A stretch of DNA of 64,000 nucleotides from an uncultured Candidatus Saccharibacteria bacterium (GTDB lineage Bacteria; Patescibacteriota; Saccharimonadia; Saccharimonadales; Saccharimonadaceae), in assembly GCA_938036825.1 (NCBI GenBank), contig CALHWD010000019.1:8404-72403 (forward strand), in the 5' to 3' direction. The notes beneath the pieces are model-generated. The model was not told the origin of the DNA. It did not search any database and saw nothing but the letters and a program-made list of their open reading frames with translations. The stretch's first letter is position 1, and every line of letters starts with the position of its first letter. Made by a program: the position numbers and the translations under genes. Positions 18,020 to 28,503 of the stretch are shown piece by piece.

Positions 18020-19413
18020 GGTTGATGTAGGCGACGCTGTGGTAGGCGATTGCGCAGGCGGAGGAAACTCCGCCGCGTGGGTCGACCAATCAGCACGCCA
18101 AATGACGCACCAGCCGCAATGGCAATAGCGATGAGGACAGCACGCACCAGCAGGCCTGCCTCGCTTGAGCCAGTCGTCACGACGCCCATGAGCCCATTGT
18201 AGAGCGTGACGCCTGGCACGAGCGGGACGATTCCGGCATTGACAATGGCAAGGCTGGGCATATGCCACAAACGGGAAGCGGTTGTCGCAATAAAGCCAAT
18301 TACCAAGCCCGCTGCCGCACTGGCCGCAATAGCAGACATGCTCCAGCCAGTAATGGCGAGGTATATATCATAGCCAAGCATGCCAGTTGCACCAGCCAGA
18401 ATGATGCCGACTGGCTGAGTGTGGTTGCCCAGGGCAAAGGTGGCAGCAATGGCGGCGGCTCCGATATACTGATACATTGTGCCGGTCAGCTGCAACTGAT
18501 CGGGCGTGGCAACAAATTCAATCCCAAAACGCCGCGCTGTATACAGACCAATCATCACACCAATCACCACACCCATCGTCATCATCGCTACCTTAAGGAG
18601 CCGGCCTGTCGCCGTCACGTAATATTCGTCGATTGCATCTTGGAAGGCACCAACGATCATCATCCCTGCCACTAAGAGCACGATGCCACTAACGGTTATG
18701 ATGGTTGGGTTGATGATACCAAGAACATCGAGATAATGGTTGGTGGCAAGCCACGTGATGATGGTTGCAACCAATGTAATAACGCTTGCTGCGATGATTT
18801 GAGTAAAGAACACAGGAAGAGCAATGCGATTTAAACGGCCTAGCAGCCACATAATCGTCACACCCATCACAAAGGTGGCAAAAATTACTGGTAGCGACGC
18901 TGTATAGAGCAAGGCCGAGCCAGCACTGAGTCCGCCGCCTGCCAGATAAATTACCCAAGGTGGATAGCGTCGTGGCTTGGCAAGGATAGCATCGAGCTCG
19001 CGCTCGGCAGCATCGAGGGTGAGCGCTCCCTCGGCAATAGTAGCGGCCAGGGTTTGGAGGCATTGCATATGTTGGTAGTTGATCTCGCGCGGTGGGATGG
19101 TGCGCAGGAGCGTTAGTGGTTCGTAATCGTTACCTCGATCTTGCGATAAAATAAGTTGCGACGAAATAACGTCGATGTGCACTTTGCGGGTACAGTAGGT
19201 GTCCGTAATACTGAGCGCCATATGAACGACATTTTGGGCTGGTGTGCCCATTGAAATGAGCTGGTCGGCAATGCTCATTGCTAGGCGCAGAGCGCGCATA
19301 TTGGGTGTGAGAGCACCATCAAGTTTCTCGACTGGTGCTGATTGCAGCGCAGTCGTGCCGCCAATAGCCAGGCGGGCAAGCAGAGGTGAAAATAAGGTGT
19401 GGAGACGGTTCAT
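17995..19413 (-). CDS. ThrE-like threonine/serine exporter family membrane protein (DUF1212+DUF3815-type fusion)
   Basis: Soluble N-terminal region followed by about 10 TM helices. The 3' end overlaps the pheT 3' end by 25 nt (convergent). Confidence 0.6.
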   Translation of the reverse strand: MNRLHTLFSPLLARLAIGGTTALQSAPVEKLDGALTPNMRALRLAMSIADQLISMGTPAQNVVHMALSITDTYCTRKVHIDVISSQLILSQDRGNDYEPLTLLRTIPPREINYQHMQCLQTLAATIAEGALTLDAAERELDAILAKPRRYPPWVIYLAGGGLSAGSALLYTASLPVIFATFVMGVTIMWLLGRLNRIALPVFFTQIIAASVITLVATIITWLATNHYLDVLGIINPTIITVSGIVLLVAGMMIVGAFQDAIDEYYVTATGRLLKVAMMTMGVVIGVMIGLYTARRFGIEFVATPDQLQLTGTMYQYIGAAAIAATFALGNHTQPVGIILAGATGMLGYDIYLAITGWSMSAIAASAAAGLVIGFIATTASRLWHMPSLAIVNAGIVPLVPGVTLYNGLMGVVTTGSSEAGLLVRAVLIAIAIAAGASFGVLIGRPTRRSFLRLRNRLPQRRLHQPHSPKSTP

Positions 19414-19642
19414 CGCTTTTTAGTATACTGAGAAAAATCGTCATTGCAAGAGGCGTGTTGGCCGATGGTTGTTCGCGTGGTGTTTCTGCGCAAAGCAAGG
19501 TGGCAGTGAGCAATAGGATTAACAAGGAGTATACAGCAAAGACTAGACAGCATTTATCGTCGCGACCTCTGTTATCTAGCAGTCATACTGGCAAGTGTGC
19601 TATACTGGGCAAGATAGATTAGTCGATGAAACAAGAGGAGTT

Positions 19643-20332
19643 ATGGCAACAACCAAGACACAACGCTGGATTATTATTGTTATTTTGGTCGCGACGGTTG
19701 TCGGGATACTAGGGTCATTTGCGGCGACGTTTCTCGCTTCGGAGAACTACAAGAATGACCAAGCCAAAGCGCAAAAGGCGCAAGAAAAATACCAGAAGCT
19801 CATGAAGGATTACCAAGCTAAGACAGCTGCTCAAGCGCAAGAGTTGTCAAACAAATATTATCCAACCTTTAGCCAATATACGAGCCGGGTTAGTGAGTTT
19901 GATCGGGATAGCGTGAAGGAGCTCTCCAGCGAAGACTTGGTGGTTGGCGATGGTGAGGAGATCAAGGATAATACGGCATTTGCGGCCTACTACATTGGCT
20001 GGAACCCAAAAGGCAAGGTATTTGACCAATCTATCAAAGACGGCAAGCTTGATGCACCATTTGCCGTTGAGGGTGGGCTCAAGAGCGCGAGTGTCATCAC
20101 TGGCTGGAAGGAAGGCATCAAGGGGATGCGCCTTGGTGGAGTACGTGAGCTAACCATCCCTTCCGACAAAGCATACGGCGAGAAAGGCCAAGGCAATGAC
20201 ATTCCCGCCAATACTCCACTGAAGTTCGTCGTGATGGCAGTGCCAAAGCCAGCTACGATCGATACTTCGGAACTATTGAAGGCATACCAAGAAGGTCAAG
20301 GAGGGAGCAACTATGGACAACACTACCAATAA
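19643..20332 (+). CDS. membrane-anchored FKBP-type peptidyl-prolyl cis-trans isomerase
   Basis: GAGGAG Shine-Dalgarno, an N-terminal TM, and the FKBP core (YIGWNPKGKVFDQS, GWKEGIKGMRLGGVRELTIP, IPANTPLKFVV). Confidence 0.85.
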   Translation: MATTKTQRWIIIVILVATVVGILGSFAATFLASENYKNDQAKAQKAQEKYQKLMKDYQAKTAAQAQELSNKYYPTFSQYTSRVSEFDRDSVKELSSEDLVVGDGEEIKDNTAFAAYYIGWNPKGKVFDQSIKDGKLDAPFAVEGGLKSASVITGWKEGIKGMRLGGVRELTIPSDKAYGEKGQGNDIPANTPLKFVVMAVPKPATIDTSELLKAYQEGQGGSNYGQHYQ

Positions 20333-21272
20333 ACCAATCCAGACACCAGCCTACGACGTTGTCATGATTGGCGCGGGGCCAAGCGCTCTGGCTGCCGCGG
20401 TATATACGACGCGTGAGAACCTACAGACGGTATTATATGAAAAAGCAGTGATTGGTGGTCTGGCAGCGATTACCGATAAGATCGATAACTACCCAGGTTT
20501 TGCTGATGGCGTAGCAGGCCTCAACCTCGCCGAGCAGCTGCAGCGCCAGGCAGAGCGCTTTGGGGCGCAGATTGAGCTGGGTGAGGTATCGAGCCTCCGC
20601 AAAGATGGCAATGATACGATTGTGACAGTCGACGGGCAGGATGTGCGTGCCCGTGCGGTGTTGATTGCCACTGGCAGTGCATATAACAAGCTTGGTATCC
20701 CTGGCGAAGATGCATTGTATGGTCGCGGCGTACACTACTGTGCAACCTGCGATGGTGCGTTTTATAAAGGCAAGCGACTGGTGGTGATCGGTGGCGGTAA
20801 TTCTGGCTTGCAAGAGGCGATGTTCTTGACTCGCTTTGCGGAGCATATCGACCTGCTGGTGCGGAGCACAATCAAAGCGAGTGAGATCCTCCAGACCGAC
20901 CTGCAGCCCTTTATCGAGCGAGGACAAATTAGCGTCCATCTCCATACCGAATCGACTGAAATTATAGCAGAGGACGGCAAAGTAACTGGTGTTGCAGCCA
21001 TCAGTAATGGCCAACCAACTACCTTCGCCTGTGATGGGGTGTTTGTCTTTGTTGGTCTTAAGCCAAACACTGGCTTTTTGCAGGGTACGCCCGTCCAGCT
21101 CGATGAGCGGGGGTTGATTATCACCAATGAGCACCTCGAGACGACGATGCCTGGCGTCTTTGCCAGTGGCGATGTGCGTAGTGGCGCAACGATGCAGATC
21201 GCGACTGCGGTGGGCGAAGGCGCGACGGCTGCTTTGAGCATCCGTGAGTATATTCAGCAGCACAAAGCGTAG
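20313..21272 (+). CDS. trxB: thioredoxin-disulfide reductase
   Basis: GAGPSALAAA FAD motif, CATCDG redox centre and GGGNSG NADPH motif. Confidence 0.93.
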   Translation: MDNTTNKPIQTPAYDVVMIGAGPSALAAAVYTTRENLQTVLYEKAVIGGLAAITDKIDNYPGFADGVAGLNLAEQLQRQAERFGAQIELGEVSSLRKDGNDTIVTVDGQDVRARAVLIATGSAYNKLGIPGEDALYGRGVHYCATCDGAFYKGKRLVVIGGGNSGLQEAMFLTRFAEHIDLLVRSTIKASEILQTDLQPFIERGQISVHLHTESTEIIAEDGKVTGVAAISNGQPTTFACDGVFVFVGLKPNTGFLQGTPVQLDERGLIITNEHLETTMPGVFASGDVRSGATMQIATAVGEGATAALSIREYIQQHKA

Positions 21273-21363
21273 AATTAGAATAGATAGTGCTAGTGTGAGG
21301 TAGCTAAAAGCCTGGATTGCAAAATGTCAGTCCCTTAGTAGTATCTCCTTTCTATCTGATAAA

Positions 21364-21396
21364 GTAAAAAATCAGTCGTAATGGCTGATTTTTTAC
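21364..21396. terminator. bidirectional terminator between trxB and the GDPD gene
   Basis: 12-bp perfect stem GTAAAAAATCAG/CTGATTTTTTAC. A second hairpin, AAAAGAGC/GCTCTTTT, lies at about 21448-21471. Confidence 0.7.
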
Positions 21397-21672
21397 TCGT
21401 GTGAAGATGAAGTTGATACACCTAGAGAGGTTGCTTGCCAACTGCACTAAAAGAGCTACCGTCTGCTCTTTTTGGTTGCTTTTTCGATAAACTCTTTAGG
21501 TGCTTACTCGATTATTGCTCCTCTGCATTGAATTGGATAGTGGTAATATTCGTCCACAGAAAGGAACGGAGAAGCCTAGCATCACCCAAATAAGACGTTA
21601 GTTGGATTCAGACAATATTCCTAATCTCGCACGACAGGCGTACTGTGTCTTATCAGATAGCTTCACATGTTA

Positions 21673-22365
21673 TCAACTAAAGCGTCGTAGCTCAGCAAGA
21701 AACTTATCTGGATAGTTGGTAACGACGCCGTCGATGCCGCGCTCGGCAAGCTGCTGCAAGGCACCTGGGCGATTGACCGTATAGACGTAGGTAAAGAGAT
21801 TCGACCGACGTGCAATCTCTATCGCCAGTGGATGTGCATACAAGCGATGAAACCCTACTGCGGTGAAGTTGAGCTTTCGCTGATAGGCCAAGAATGCAAA
21901 GGGATTATTGCGGTGAAGTAGAGCAAGATTGGCCTGAGGCGCAAGCTGCCGAAATTGCCGAAGCTCGCGTACGGAGAATGACGAGAGTAGTACATTATCC
22001 CAATCATCTGGCGATGTGATGGAGCGGGTGAGGAGCTGATACGTTGGCTCGGCGCTACCGTGCCCTTTGAGCTCAATATTGAGTAACACAACGCCAAAAA
22101 AACGGTCTAGCACTGCGAGGAGCGATGGAATAGGCTGCTCACTGGTGAGGGCCTGCAACTCGGTATACGTCAGATGGCTGATTGATTCATTTCGGTGGTG
22201 GGTACGTAGCAGGCGATTATCATGTGCCACCACAGGAATACCGTCGCGCGTCAATCGCACATCTAGCTCAAGCATATCAGCACCCGCCGCGACACCCGCT
22301 GCCATAGCGTCGATAGTGTTCTCTGGTGCGAGTCCAGCCGCACCGCGATGACCAATGATTAACAT
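21673..22365 (-). CDS. glycerophosphodiester phosphodiesterase
   Basis: IGHRGAAGLAPENT and ELDV..T.DG.PVV.HD GDPD motifs. Confidence 0.85.
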   Translation of the reverse strand: MLIIGHRGAAGLAPENTIDAMAAGVAAGADMLELDVRLTRDGIPVVAHDNRLLRTHHRNESISHLTYTELQALTSEQPIPSLLAVLDRFFGVVLLNIELKGHGSAEPTYQLLTRSITSPDDWDNVLLSSFSVRELRQFRQLAPQANLALLHRNNPFAFLAYQRKLNFTAVGFHRLYAHPLAIEIARRSNLFTYVYTVNRPGALQQLAERGIDGVVTNYPDKFLAELRRFS

Positions 22366-22512
22366 GCTAGCAGTATTATACCATCAAATGGGTTGGTGAT
22401 GAGGATAATGTGCTTGCAGAGCAAGGTTGCACTGCCAGCGCATCTTCTTTTGCTATTACCGAGCAGATTTTGCTAAAATAAAACAGATAGCAACAGAAAG
22501 GAGCTAATACAA

Positions 22513-23043
22513 ATGGCAGATTTTAATAAAGTACTGACACCCGGTGATGTTGACGCTGGCATCGTCAATGTAGTGGTGGAGATTCCGCAGGGGAGCTACC
22601 ACAAAATTGAGTGGGATCGCGACCTCGCAGTGATGAAGCTCGACCGGGTCGAGCCAGCAATCTTTGCCAAGCCAACCAACTATGGCTTCATTCCACAAAC
22701 CCTAGATGAAGATGGTGACGAGCTCGATGCGCTCATTATCACCGATCAGCCACTAACAACTGGTGTCGTCTTGGAGGGTAAGGTGATTGGCGTGCTAGAG
22801 TTTGTAGACGATGACGAGGTGGATGATAAGGTGATCGTCGTGCCAGCAGATGACCGCAACACAGGTGATGCAATCAACTCGCTCGAAGATCTCCCTGCTG
22901 CAACCCTCAAGCAAATCGAGCACCACTTTAATCACTACAAAGATCTCAAGAAGCCTGGCACTACTGTAGTGAAGGGCTTTGGTGACACCGTGCGTGCCAA
23001 GCAGATTATCCATGAATCTATTGCGCGTTGGAATGAACGCTAG
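22513..23043 (+). CDS. ppa: inorganic pyrophosphatase (family I)
   Basis: VVEIPQGS..K.E, DGD.LD and the DDK motif. AAGGAG Shine-Dalgarno. Confidence 0.92.
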   Translation: MADFNKVLTPGDVDAGIVNVVVEIPQGSYHKIEWDRDLAVMKLDRVEPAIFAKPTNYGFIPQTLDEDGDELDALIITDQPLTTGVVLEGKVIGVLEFVDDDEVDDKVIVVPADDRNTGDAINSLEDLPAATLKQIEHHFNHYKDLKKPGTTVVKGFGDTVRAKQIIHESIARWNER

Positions 23044-23058
23044 ATAACGCGTTTAAGC

Positions 23059-23093
23059 AAATACAAAATACCCCACTGGGGTATTTTGTATTT
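23059..23093. terminator. bidirectional terminator between ppa and rel
   Basis: 16-bp perfect stem AAATACAAAATACCCC/GGGGTATTTTGTATTT with a 3-nt loop. Confidence 0.75.
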
Positions 23094-23310
23094 TTACTTC
23101 AACCTCTGGAATCCTCTAGGTTACTATAAGCAGTTAGTACTTGCACAATATTGCTTTATCAAGAAAGTCAGAGGCTCGCAGGCTGGTTATCACAATAGGC
23201 TACCCACATCTGTTGGATAATAATGGCGATAGAGGGAACAAGGTTGCGGCAGATCGATAATTTTAGAGACTTAAGTCAAGATGCGTGGCAATTATCTAAC
23301 GTTACCTCAG

Positions 23311-24882
23311 TTATTTATTCTTTGACTTTTTCGAAGCAGCCTCAGGCTTACTGATTGGCATAATTTTATCTGTCAGATTGATGGCACCATTAACAGCTTG
23401 AACGCGGATCTTGTTGAGCTGGAGGCGGAGCTTATCACGCGCGTGACTGGTAGTAACAAGCTGCGCCCAACCCGGCTTAGGGTAGGAGAGCTTGCGGGTA
23501 AGGACTTCGATGACATCACCATTCTCAAGTGGACGCTCGAATGGCTCCATCTTGCCATTGATCCGGAAGCCGTAGGCGTGCTTGGCGATATCAGAGTGGA
23601 TGGCGTAGGCGAAATCCAGCGGCAACGCCCCTTCGGGGAGGTTGTAGATATCGCCTTTGGGAGAAAAAACGAAGATGCGGTGGCCAAAGAGGTCGATTGA
23701 TAACTGCTCGCGAGGGATATCCTCGCCAGCGCGCAGGCGAGCGGCGATTTCTTGCAATTGCGTAATCCACTGCAACTGGGCCGGCAGATTTGATACGCCG
23801 CGCTTGGAGTCGCCCTTGAGATACTCCTTGCTATCTTTTTGTTGCTGGTAGTGAAAGCTGGCGGCAAGGCCACGCTCGGCGTATTCATGCATATCGCGGG
23901 TGCGGATCTGGAACTCGACGATCTGCTTATTAGGCGTGATGACCGTTGTATGGAGGCTCTGGTAGCCGTTTGGCTTGGGGATGGAAATATAATCTTTGAT
24001 GCGAGCAATCATCGGTTGATAGAGCGAGTGGAGAATGCCCAGCACTAAGTAGCACTCTTCCTTGGTGTGGACAATGATGCGTAGTGCCATCAGGTCATAA
24101 ATATTGTCGAGACTACCGCGCTTTTGGAGCTTGCGGTGCAGGCTGTAAAGGCTTTTGACTCGCCCATTGATCTCAAACTCGAGCTTCTCATCCTTGAGTG
24201 CCCGCTCGACCTCGAGGCGGACGACGCCAAGCTTGCGGGTGCTTTTGCCTAGGCGTTGCTTCATGACCTTCTCGAGCCGCTTGTATTCTTTGGGGTCGAG
24301 GTAGCTAAAGGCGAGTTCTTCTAGCTCCATCCGCACCCGCCCCATACCGAGTTGGTCAGCCATGGGGGCAAAGACCTCGAGTGTTTCTCGGGCGATCTTT
24401 TGCTGCTTTTCGGGTGATTTGAATTGCAGCGTCTGCATATTATGCAGCCGGTCGGCCAGCTTGATGATAATGACACGCACGTCCTGTCCCACAGCAATAA
24501 GCAGCTTGGTAAGGTTGTCTTTCGTCTGAGGGAGATAGTGGTCGAGGTCACGCATACCAGCTCGGGCTTGGCTTACCTTCGTCACGCCATCAACGAGGAA
24601 GGACACATCATGTCCAAAAAGTGACTCAATATCGTCTAGTGACGTCTCGGTATCCTCAACGGTGTCGTGGAGAATACCCGCGATGATGGTGTCGCTGTCC
24701 ATCCCCCAGTCGATCAAGATAATTGCAACGCTCAGCGGATGGGTAATGTAGGGTTCACCGCTTTTGCGCTTTTGTCCGTGGTGTGCCTGGGTGGCGAAGT
24801 CGATCGCATGGTCGATTTCATACAGCTGATCTTCGCTATAGAGACCGCGTGCTTTTGTGAGGACGTCTTGTTTGGTCACCAT
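23311..24882 (-). CDS. rel: bifunctional (p)ppGpp synthetase/hydrolase (RelA/SpoT homolog, short form with HD, synthetase and TGS domains)
   Basis: HD motif HDTVEDT, synthetase core (YQSLHTTV) and a C-terminal TGS-like region. The start is moved to MVTKQDV, with TATACT 6 nt upstream. Confidence 0.9.
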   Translation of the reverse strand: MVTKQDVLTKARGLYSEDQLYEIDHAIDFATQAHHGQKRKSGEPYITHPLSVAIILIDWGMDSDTIIAGILHDTVEDTETSLDDIESLFGHDVSFLVDGVTKVSQARAGMRDLDHYLPQTKDNLTKLLIAVGQDVRVIIIKLADRLHNMQTLQFKSPEKQQKIARETLEVFAPMADQLGMGRVRMELEELAFSYLDPKEYKRLEKVMKQRLGKSTRKLGVVRLEVERALKDEKLEFEINGRVKSLYSLHRKLQKRGSLDNIYDLMALRIIVHTKEECYLVLGILHSLYQPMIARIKDYISIPKPNGYQSLHTTVITPNKQIVEFQIRTRDMHEYAERGLAASFHYQQQKDSKEYLKGDSKRGVSNLPAQLQWITQLQEIAARLRAGEDIPREQLSIDLFGHRIFVFSPKGDIYNLPEGALPLDFAYAIHSDIAKHAYGFRINGKMEPFERPLENGDVIEVLTRKLSYPKPGWAQLVTTSHARDKLRLQLNKIRVQAVNGAINLTDKIMPISKPEAASKKSKNK

Positions 24883-24986
24883 AAACCTAGTATATACTGC
24901 CAAGAAGAAAAGTGCTATTGCCCTTGACCATTCCACCTGCTATAGTGATGCTTAAATATGCTTATGCTAATGGAGGGAGAAATATA

Positions 24987-25400
24987 ATGAGGCAAAGCGG
25001 GGCAGTATGGTGGATGCAGCGGAGCCAGAAGGGTTTCACGCTCATGGAGCTGATGATTGTCATTGCGATCCTGGGCTTACTCGTAACGCTGTCTATGACG
25101 GCGTATTCGGGCTATCGCCGGCGCTCAGTTGATGTCGCAACGCGCGCGGCAGCCACTAGCGCACTTGAGGCGATCAAGACGCACCACGCCAATGCCAGCG
25201 CTAGTGGTGCAAGCTATAGCACTAACCTCGAGCAAGTCGGTTACCGTCCGCCAAGCGACACAGCCGTGCAGGTTACGCTGAGCGCCGATGCCACCAAATT
25301 CTGCATTCAAGCCACCGACCGCCACCTCACCGACATCCGCTACTACGCCACCACTGGCATGGCGCGGCCGCAGGCAGGGAGTTGCCCAGCAAATATTTGA
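24987..25400 (+). CDS. type IV pilin / pseudopilin (prepilin N-terminal methylation motif)
   Basis: KG|FTLMELMIVIAILGLL class III signal peptide with Glu at +5. GGAGGGA Shine-Dalgarno. Confidence 0.8.
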   Translation: MRQSGAVWWMQRSQKGFTLMELMIVIAILGLLVTLSMTAYSGYRRRSVDVATRAAATSALEAIKTHHANASASGASYSTNLEQVGYRPPSDTAVQVTLSADATKFCIQATDRHLTDIRYYATTGMARPQAGSCPANI

Positions 25401-25420
25401 GAATATGATATAATGTAGTT

Positions 25421-25717
25421 ATGTACTTAACCCAATTGATACGAGACTATGCCAATAAAAACCCTTACCTAACAAGAGCTGACCGAGCAGAAGTGACGCT
25501 ATATAATGATGCAGGTGAATGGGCTGTGGCTGTCGAATATATTTGTGCAAGATTGACCGATTATTTAGCAGAAGAACGCAGTGCACTATCTCAGCAAGAA
25601 TTGGATGAGTTAGAGTCGTTAGTTGATGCAACGAAAAGTTTGGAAAAGTTTGATGACGATTTCTTAAATGATGTTAAGGAAGTGTCAAATACCTACTCTT
25701 CGCGCACGTCAGTCTAA
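25421..25717 (+). CDS. hypothetical protein, MafI-like immunity protein candidate
   Basis: 98 aa, acidic, in a low-GC islet. AGEWAVAVEYICARL...LSQQELDELESL resembles the GEYxLAxExLC...ItxxExxxIxxL pattern of MafI-family immunity proteins. Confidence 0.45.
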   Translation: MYLTQLIRDYANKNPYLTRADRAEVTLYNDAGEWAVAVEYICARLTDYLAEERSALSQQELDELESLVDATKSLEKFDDDFLNDVKEVSNTYSSRTSV

Positions 25718-25800
25718 CACTCCCTCCTTCGCTCTCGCAAACGTGAAAGAACGCCGTCGCCGTCTTTACAACACACGCCAGACGCCGTATAATGTCTTGC

Positions 25801-26445
25801 ATGGCTGTCATAGCACCAATTATTTTGAGTACAAAAACTGATGAATACAAGGCTGCAGTAGAGCATTTTATGCCGTTTGCCAAGCGAGTTCATATTGATA
25901 TTTCTGATGGCGTATTTGCGCCCCGTCAAACGGTAGGGATCGGCCAACTGTGGTGGCCTCAGTCGTGGACGGTTGATATCCACGCTATGGTGGCGCGCCC
26001 CAGCGTGTACGTTGAGAAACTGATTAAGCTGCGGCCCAGTACGATTATCTTTCATGCTGAAGTTAAAGAGGATTTGATTCCTGTCTTGCAGCAGGTCAAG
26101 CAAGCTGGTATTCATGCTGGTGTAGCCCTGCAGCGTACCACAGTGCCCGAGACGGTGGCGTCGTATATCGAAACAGCCGACTATGTATCGATCGTCAGTG
26201 GTAAGCTGGGTGAGTTTGGTGGCAAAGCGCGAATGATGCAGCTGGAGAAAATCCGGCTAGTGCGGGCTATTCACCCTCGGGTCGAGATTGGCTGGGATGG
26301 TGGCGTGACGGTAGATAATGTTTTCCATATTGCCCAGGGTGGGGCTGATGTGATTAGTGTTGGTGGGGCAATCAACCACGCCAAAGACCCGCAAGCAACG
26401 TACAACAAACTCCTGGCTGAGATGAATCGCCAGAGTGTGATTTAA
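25801..26445 (+). CDS. ribulose-phosphate 3-epimerase family protein (divergent)
   Basis: HIDISDG.F.P, DIHAMV, IIFHAE and a C-terminal GGV/GGA pattern typical of the RPE TIM barrel. TATAAT lies 7 nt before the ATG at 25801. Confidence 0.6.
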   Translation: MAVIAPIILSTKTDEYKAAVEHFMPFAKRVHIDISDGVFAPRQTVGIGQLWWPQSWTVDIHAMVARPSVYVEKLIKLRPSTIIFHAEVKEDLIPVLQQVKQAGIHAGVALQRTTVPETVASYIETADYVSIVSGKLGEFGGKARMMQLEKIRLVRAIHPRVEIGWDGGVTVDNVFHIAQGGADVISVGGAINHAKDPQATYNKLLAEMNRQSVI

Positions 26446-26472
26446 GGCCCACGCTATGCTACACTAAGGAGC

Positions 26473-28446
26473 GTGACGCACATACCATTTCAGCTTCGTT
26501 CTTCCTATCAACCGACCGGTGATCAGCCTCAGGCGATCGCTCAGCTACTTGGTGGCCTGGAAGCTGGCCAGCGCGAGCAGACACTACTTGGTGCAACCGG
26601 TAGTGGCAAGACCTTTACGATGGCAAATATTATCGCTCAGCGTGGCGTGCCAACGCTTGTTTTGGCTCATAACAAGACACTCGCAGCGCAGCTCTTTAGT
26701 GAGTTTAAACAGTTCTTTCCAGACAATGAAGTACACTACTTTGTCAGTTATTTTGATTATTATCAGCCAGAGGCATACATTGCCAGTAGTGATACATATA
26801 TCGAGAAGGATTCAGCTATCAATGAGGAGATCGACCGCCTCCGCCATGCGGCGACTGATGCATTACTAACGCGCCGCGATGTGATTATTATTGCCAGTGT
26901 TAGCTGTATCTATGGCCTGGGTTCGCCAGCCGATTATTATGAGCTATCCGTCACAGTACGCCAAGGAGAGCGGCGTGTTCAGGATAAATTTCTGCGCCAG
27001 CTGATGGATATCCAATACCATCGCAATGATATCGATTTTGCACGCGGTGCCTTTCGCGTCAAGGGCGATGTGGTCGATGTCTTTCCGGCAGGGCAAGAGA
27101 CAGCCTATCGGGTGGAATTTTTTGGAGATGAAGTGGATCGAATTACGCACATCAACCCGCTCACTGGCGAGATTCTCGATGAGCCAGCGGAGTTTACCAT
27201 CTTTCCGAGTAGCCACTATGCAACGCCTAAGGAGAAAATTAAGCAGGCGATTGACCGGATTCGGCAGGAGTACGAGGAGCGTGAGCAGTGGTTTGAGGCG
27301 CACGGCAAGCTGCTTGAGGCGCAGCGCTTGAGCCAGCGCACCAAGTACGACCTGGAAATGCTTGAGCAGACTGGCTTCGTGAAGGGGATCGAGAACTATA
27401 GTCGCTATCTCACCAACCGCGAAGCGGGTGAGCAGCCAGCTACCTTGCTCGATTACTTTCCTGACGATTTCTTGATGCTGATCGACGAGAGTCATGTAAC
27501 CGTCCCCCAGGTGCGCGCGATGTATAATGGTGACCGCGCTCGCAAAGAAGTGCTGGTGGAGCATGGCTTTCGCCTGCCAAGCGCGCTAGACAATCGTCCT
27601 CTGCGCTTTGATGAATTTGATAAACATATTAACCAAGTGATTTACGTCTCTGCTACCCCTGGTGATTATGAGCTCGAGCGCAGCCCCGCTCCTGCTCAGC
27701 AGGTGATTCGCCCCACTGGTTTGCTCGACCCAGAAATTATAGTTCGCCCGACAGAAGGGCAGGTAGACGACCTGATTGCAGAGATTCGCGAGCGCACCAG
27801 CCAGCAGCAGCGCGTGCTCGTGACGACGCTCACTAAGCGGATGGCTGAGGATCTCTCTACTTATCTAACCGACCTCGGCATCAAGACGGCTTATATTCAC
27901 AGTGAGATCGACACGCTCGAGCGCGGCGATATTCTGCGTGATCTGCGTATGGGCCTGTATGATGTCCTGGTGGGGATCAACCTCTTGCGTGAGGGGATCG
28001 ATTTGCCAGAGGTGAGCTTAGTGGCGATTATGGACGCCGACAAAGAAGGCTTCCTCCGTAGCGAGCGTAGCCTCATCCAGACAATTGGTCGGGCAGCTCG
28101 CCACGTTGAAGGTAGGGTAATTATGTATGGTGATAGTATCACCGATAGTATGCGCCGAGCGATTGACGAAACCAAACGCCGACGCGAAATTCAGCAGGCG
28201 TACAATCGCGAACATGGCATTACACCGCGTGGTATTAATAAAGCGATCGACGAAGGCCTGCGCTCCATCATCCCGCAAAAAGAGGATGACGCGCCCAAAC
28301 TTGACCTACGTAAAATCCCTAAGGACGAATATAAGAGCCTTATCAAAGATCTGACTGGCCAAATGAATCTCGCTAGCGCTAATCTTGAGTTTGAGCGAGC
28401 AGCCGAATTGCGAGATCTGATCGCTGAGGTGAAGAGTAAGTTGTAG
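26473..28446 (+). CDS. uvrB: excinuclease ABC subunit B
   Basis: [23 protein letters not shown] and a C-terminal UVR motif. The start codon is GTG. Confidence 0.95.
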   Translation: MTHIPFQLRSSYQPTGDQPQAIAQLLGGLEAGQREQTLLGATGSGKTFTMANIIAQRGVPTLVLAHNKTLAAQLFSEFKQFFPDNEVHYFVSYFDYYQPEAYIASSDTYIEKDSAINEEIDRLRHAATDALLTRRDVIIIASVSCIYGLGSPADYYELSVTVRQGERRVQDKFLRQLMDIQYHRNDIDFARGAFRVKGDVVDVFPAGQETAYRVEFFGDEVDRITHINPLTGEILDEPAEFTIFPSSHYATPKEKIKQAIDRIRQEYEEREQWFEAHGKLLEAQRLSQRTKYDLEMLEQTGFVKGIENYSRYLTNREAGEQPATLLDYFPDDFLMLIDESHVTVPQVRAMYNGDRARKEVLVEHGFRLPSALDNRPLRFDEFDKHINQVIYVSATPGDYELERSPAPAQQVIRPTGLLDPEIIVRPTEGQVDDLIAEIRERTSQQQRVLVTTLTKRMAEDLSTYLTDLGIKTAYIHSEIDTLERGDILRDLRMGLYDVLVGINLLREGIDLPEVSLVAIMDADKEGFLRSERSLIQTIGRAARHVEGRVIMYGDSITDSMRRAIDETKRRREIQQAYNREHGITPRGINKAIDEGLRSIIPQKEDDAPKLDLRKIPKDEYKSLIKDLTGQMNLASANLEFERAAELRDLIAEVKSKL

Positions 28447-28503
28447 CAGTAGCTGAGTAAACCTACGATCGGCAAGCGCACAGAGTGTATAATATGATGT
28501 AGT

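Noticed and set aside
20433-21263. 276-aa ORF antisense to trxB (plus two nested ORFs)
   Set aside because: The trxB frame carries all canonical motifs, so the antisense ORFs are shadow frames.
21397-21672. Possible sRNA or small ORF in the 270-nt stretch downstream of the GDPD gene
   Set aside because: It contains only a second terminator-like hairpin (about 21448-21471). I saw no promoter motif, no convincing ORF with a Shine-Dalgarno, and no recognisable RNA family.
26400-26472. LexA/Cheo SOS box (GAAC-N4-GTTC type) upstream of uvrB; also checked before dnaE (36264-36440) and radA
   Set aside because: No GAAC...GTTC palindrome is visible in these upstream regions. The SOS motif of this lineage is unknown, so its absence is not informative.
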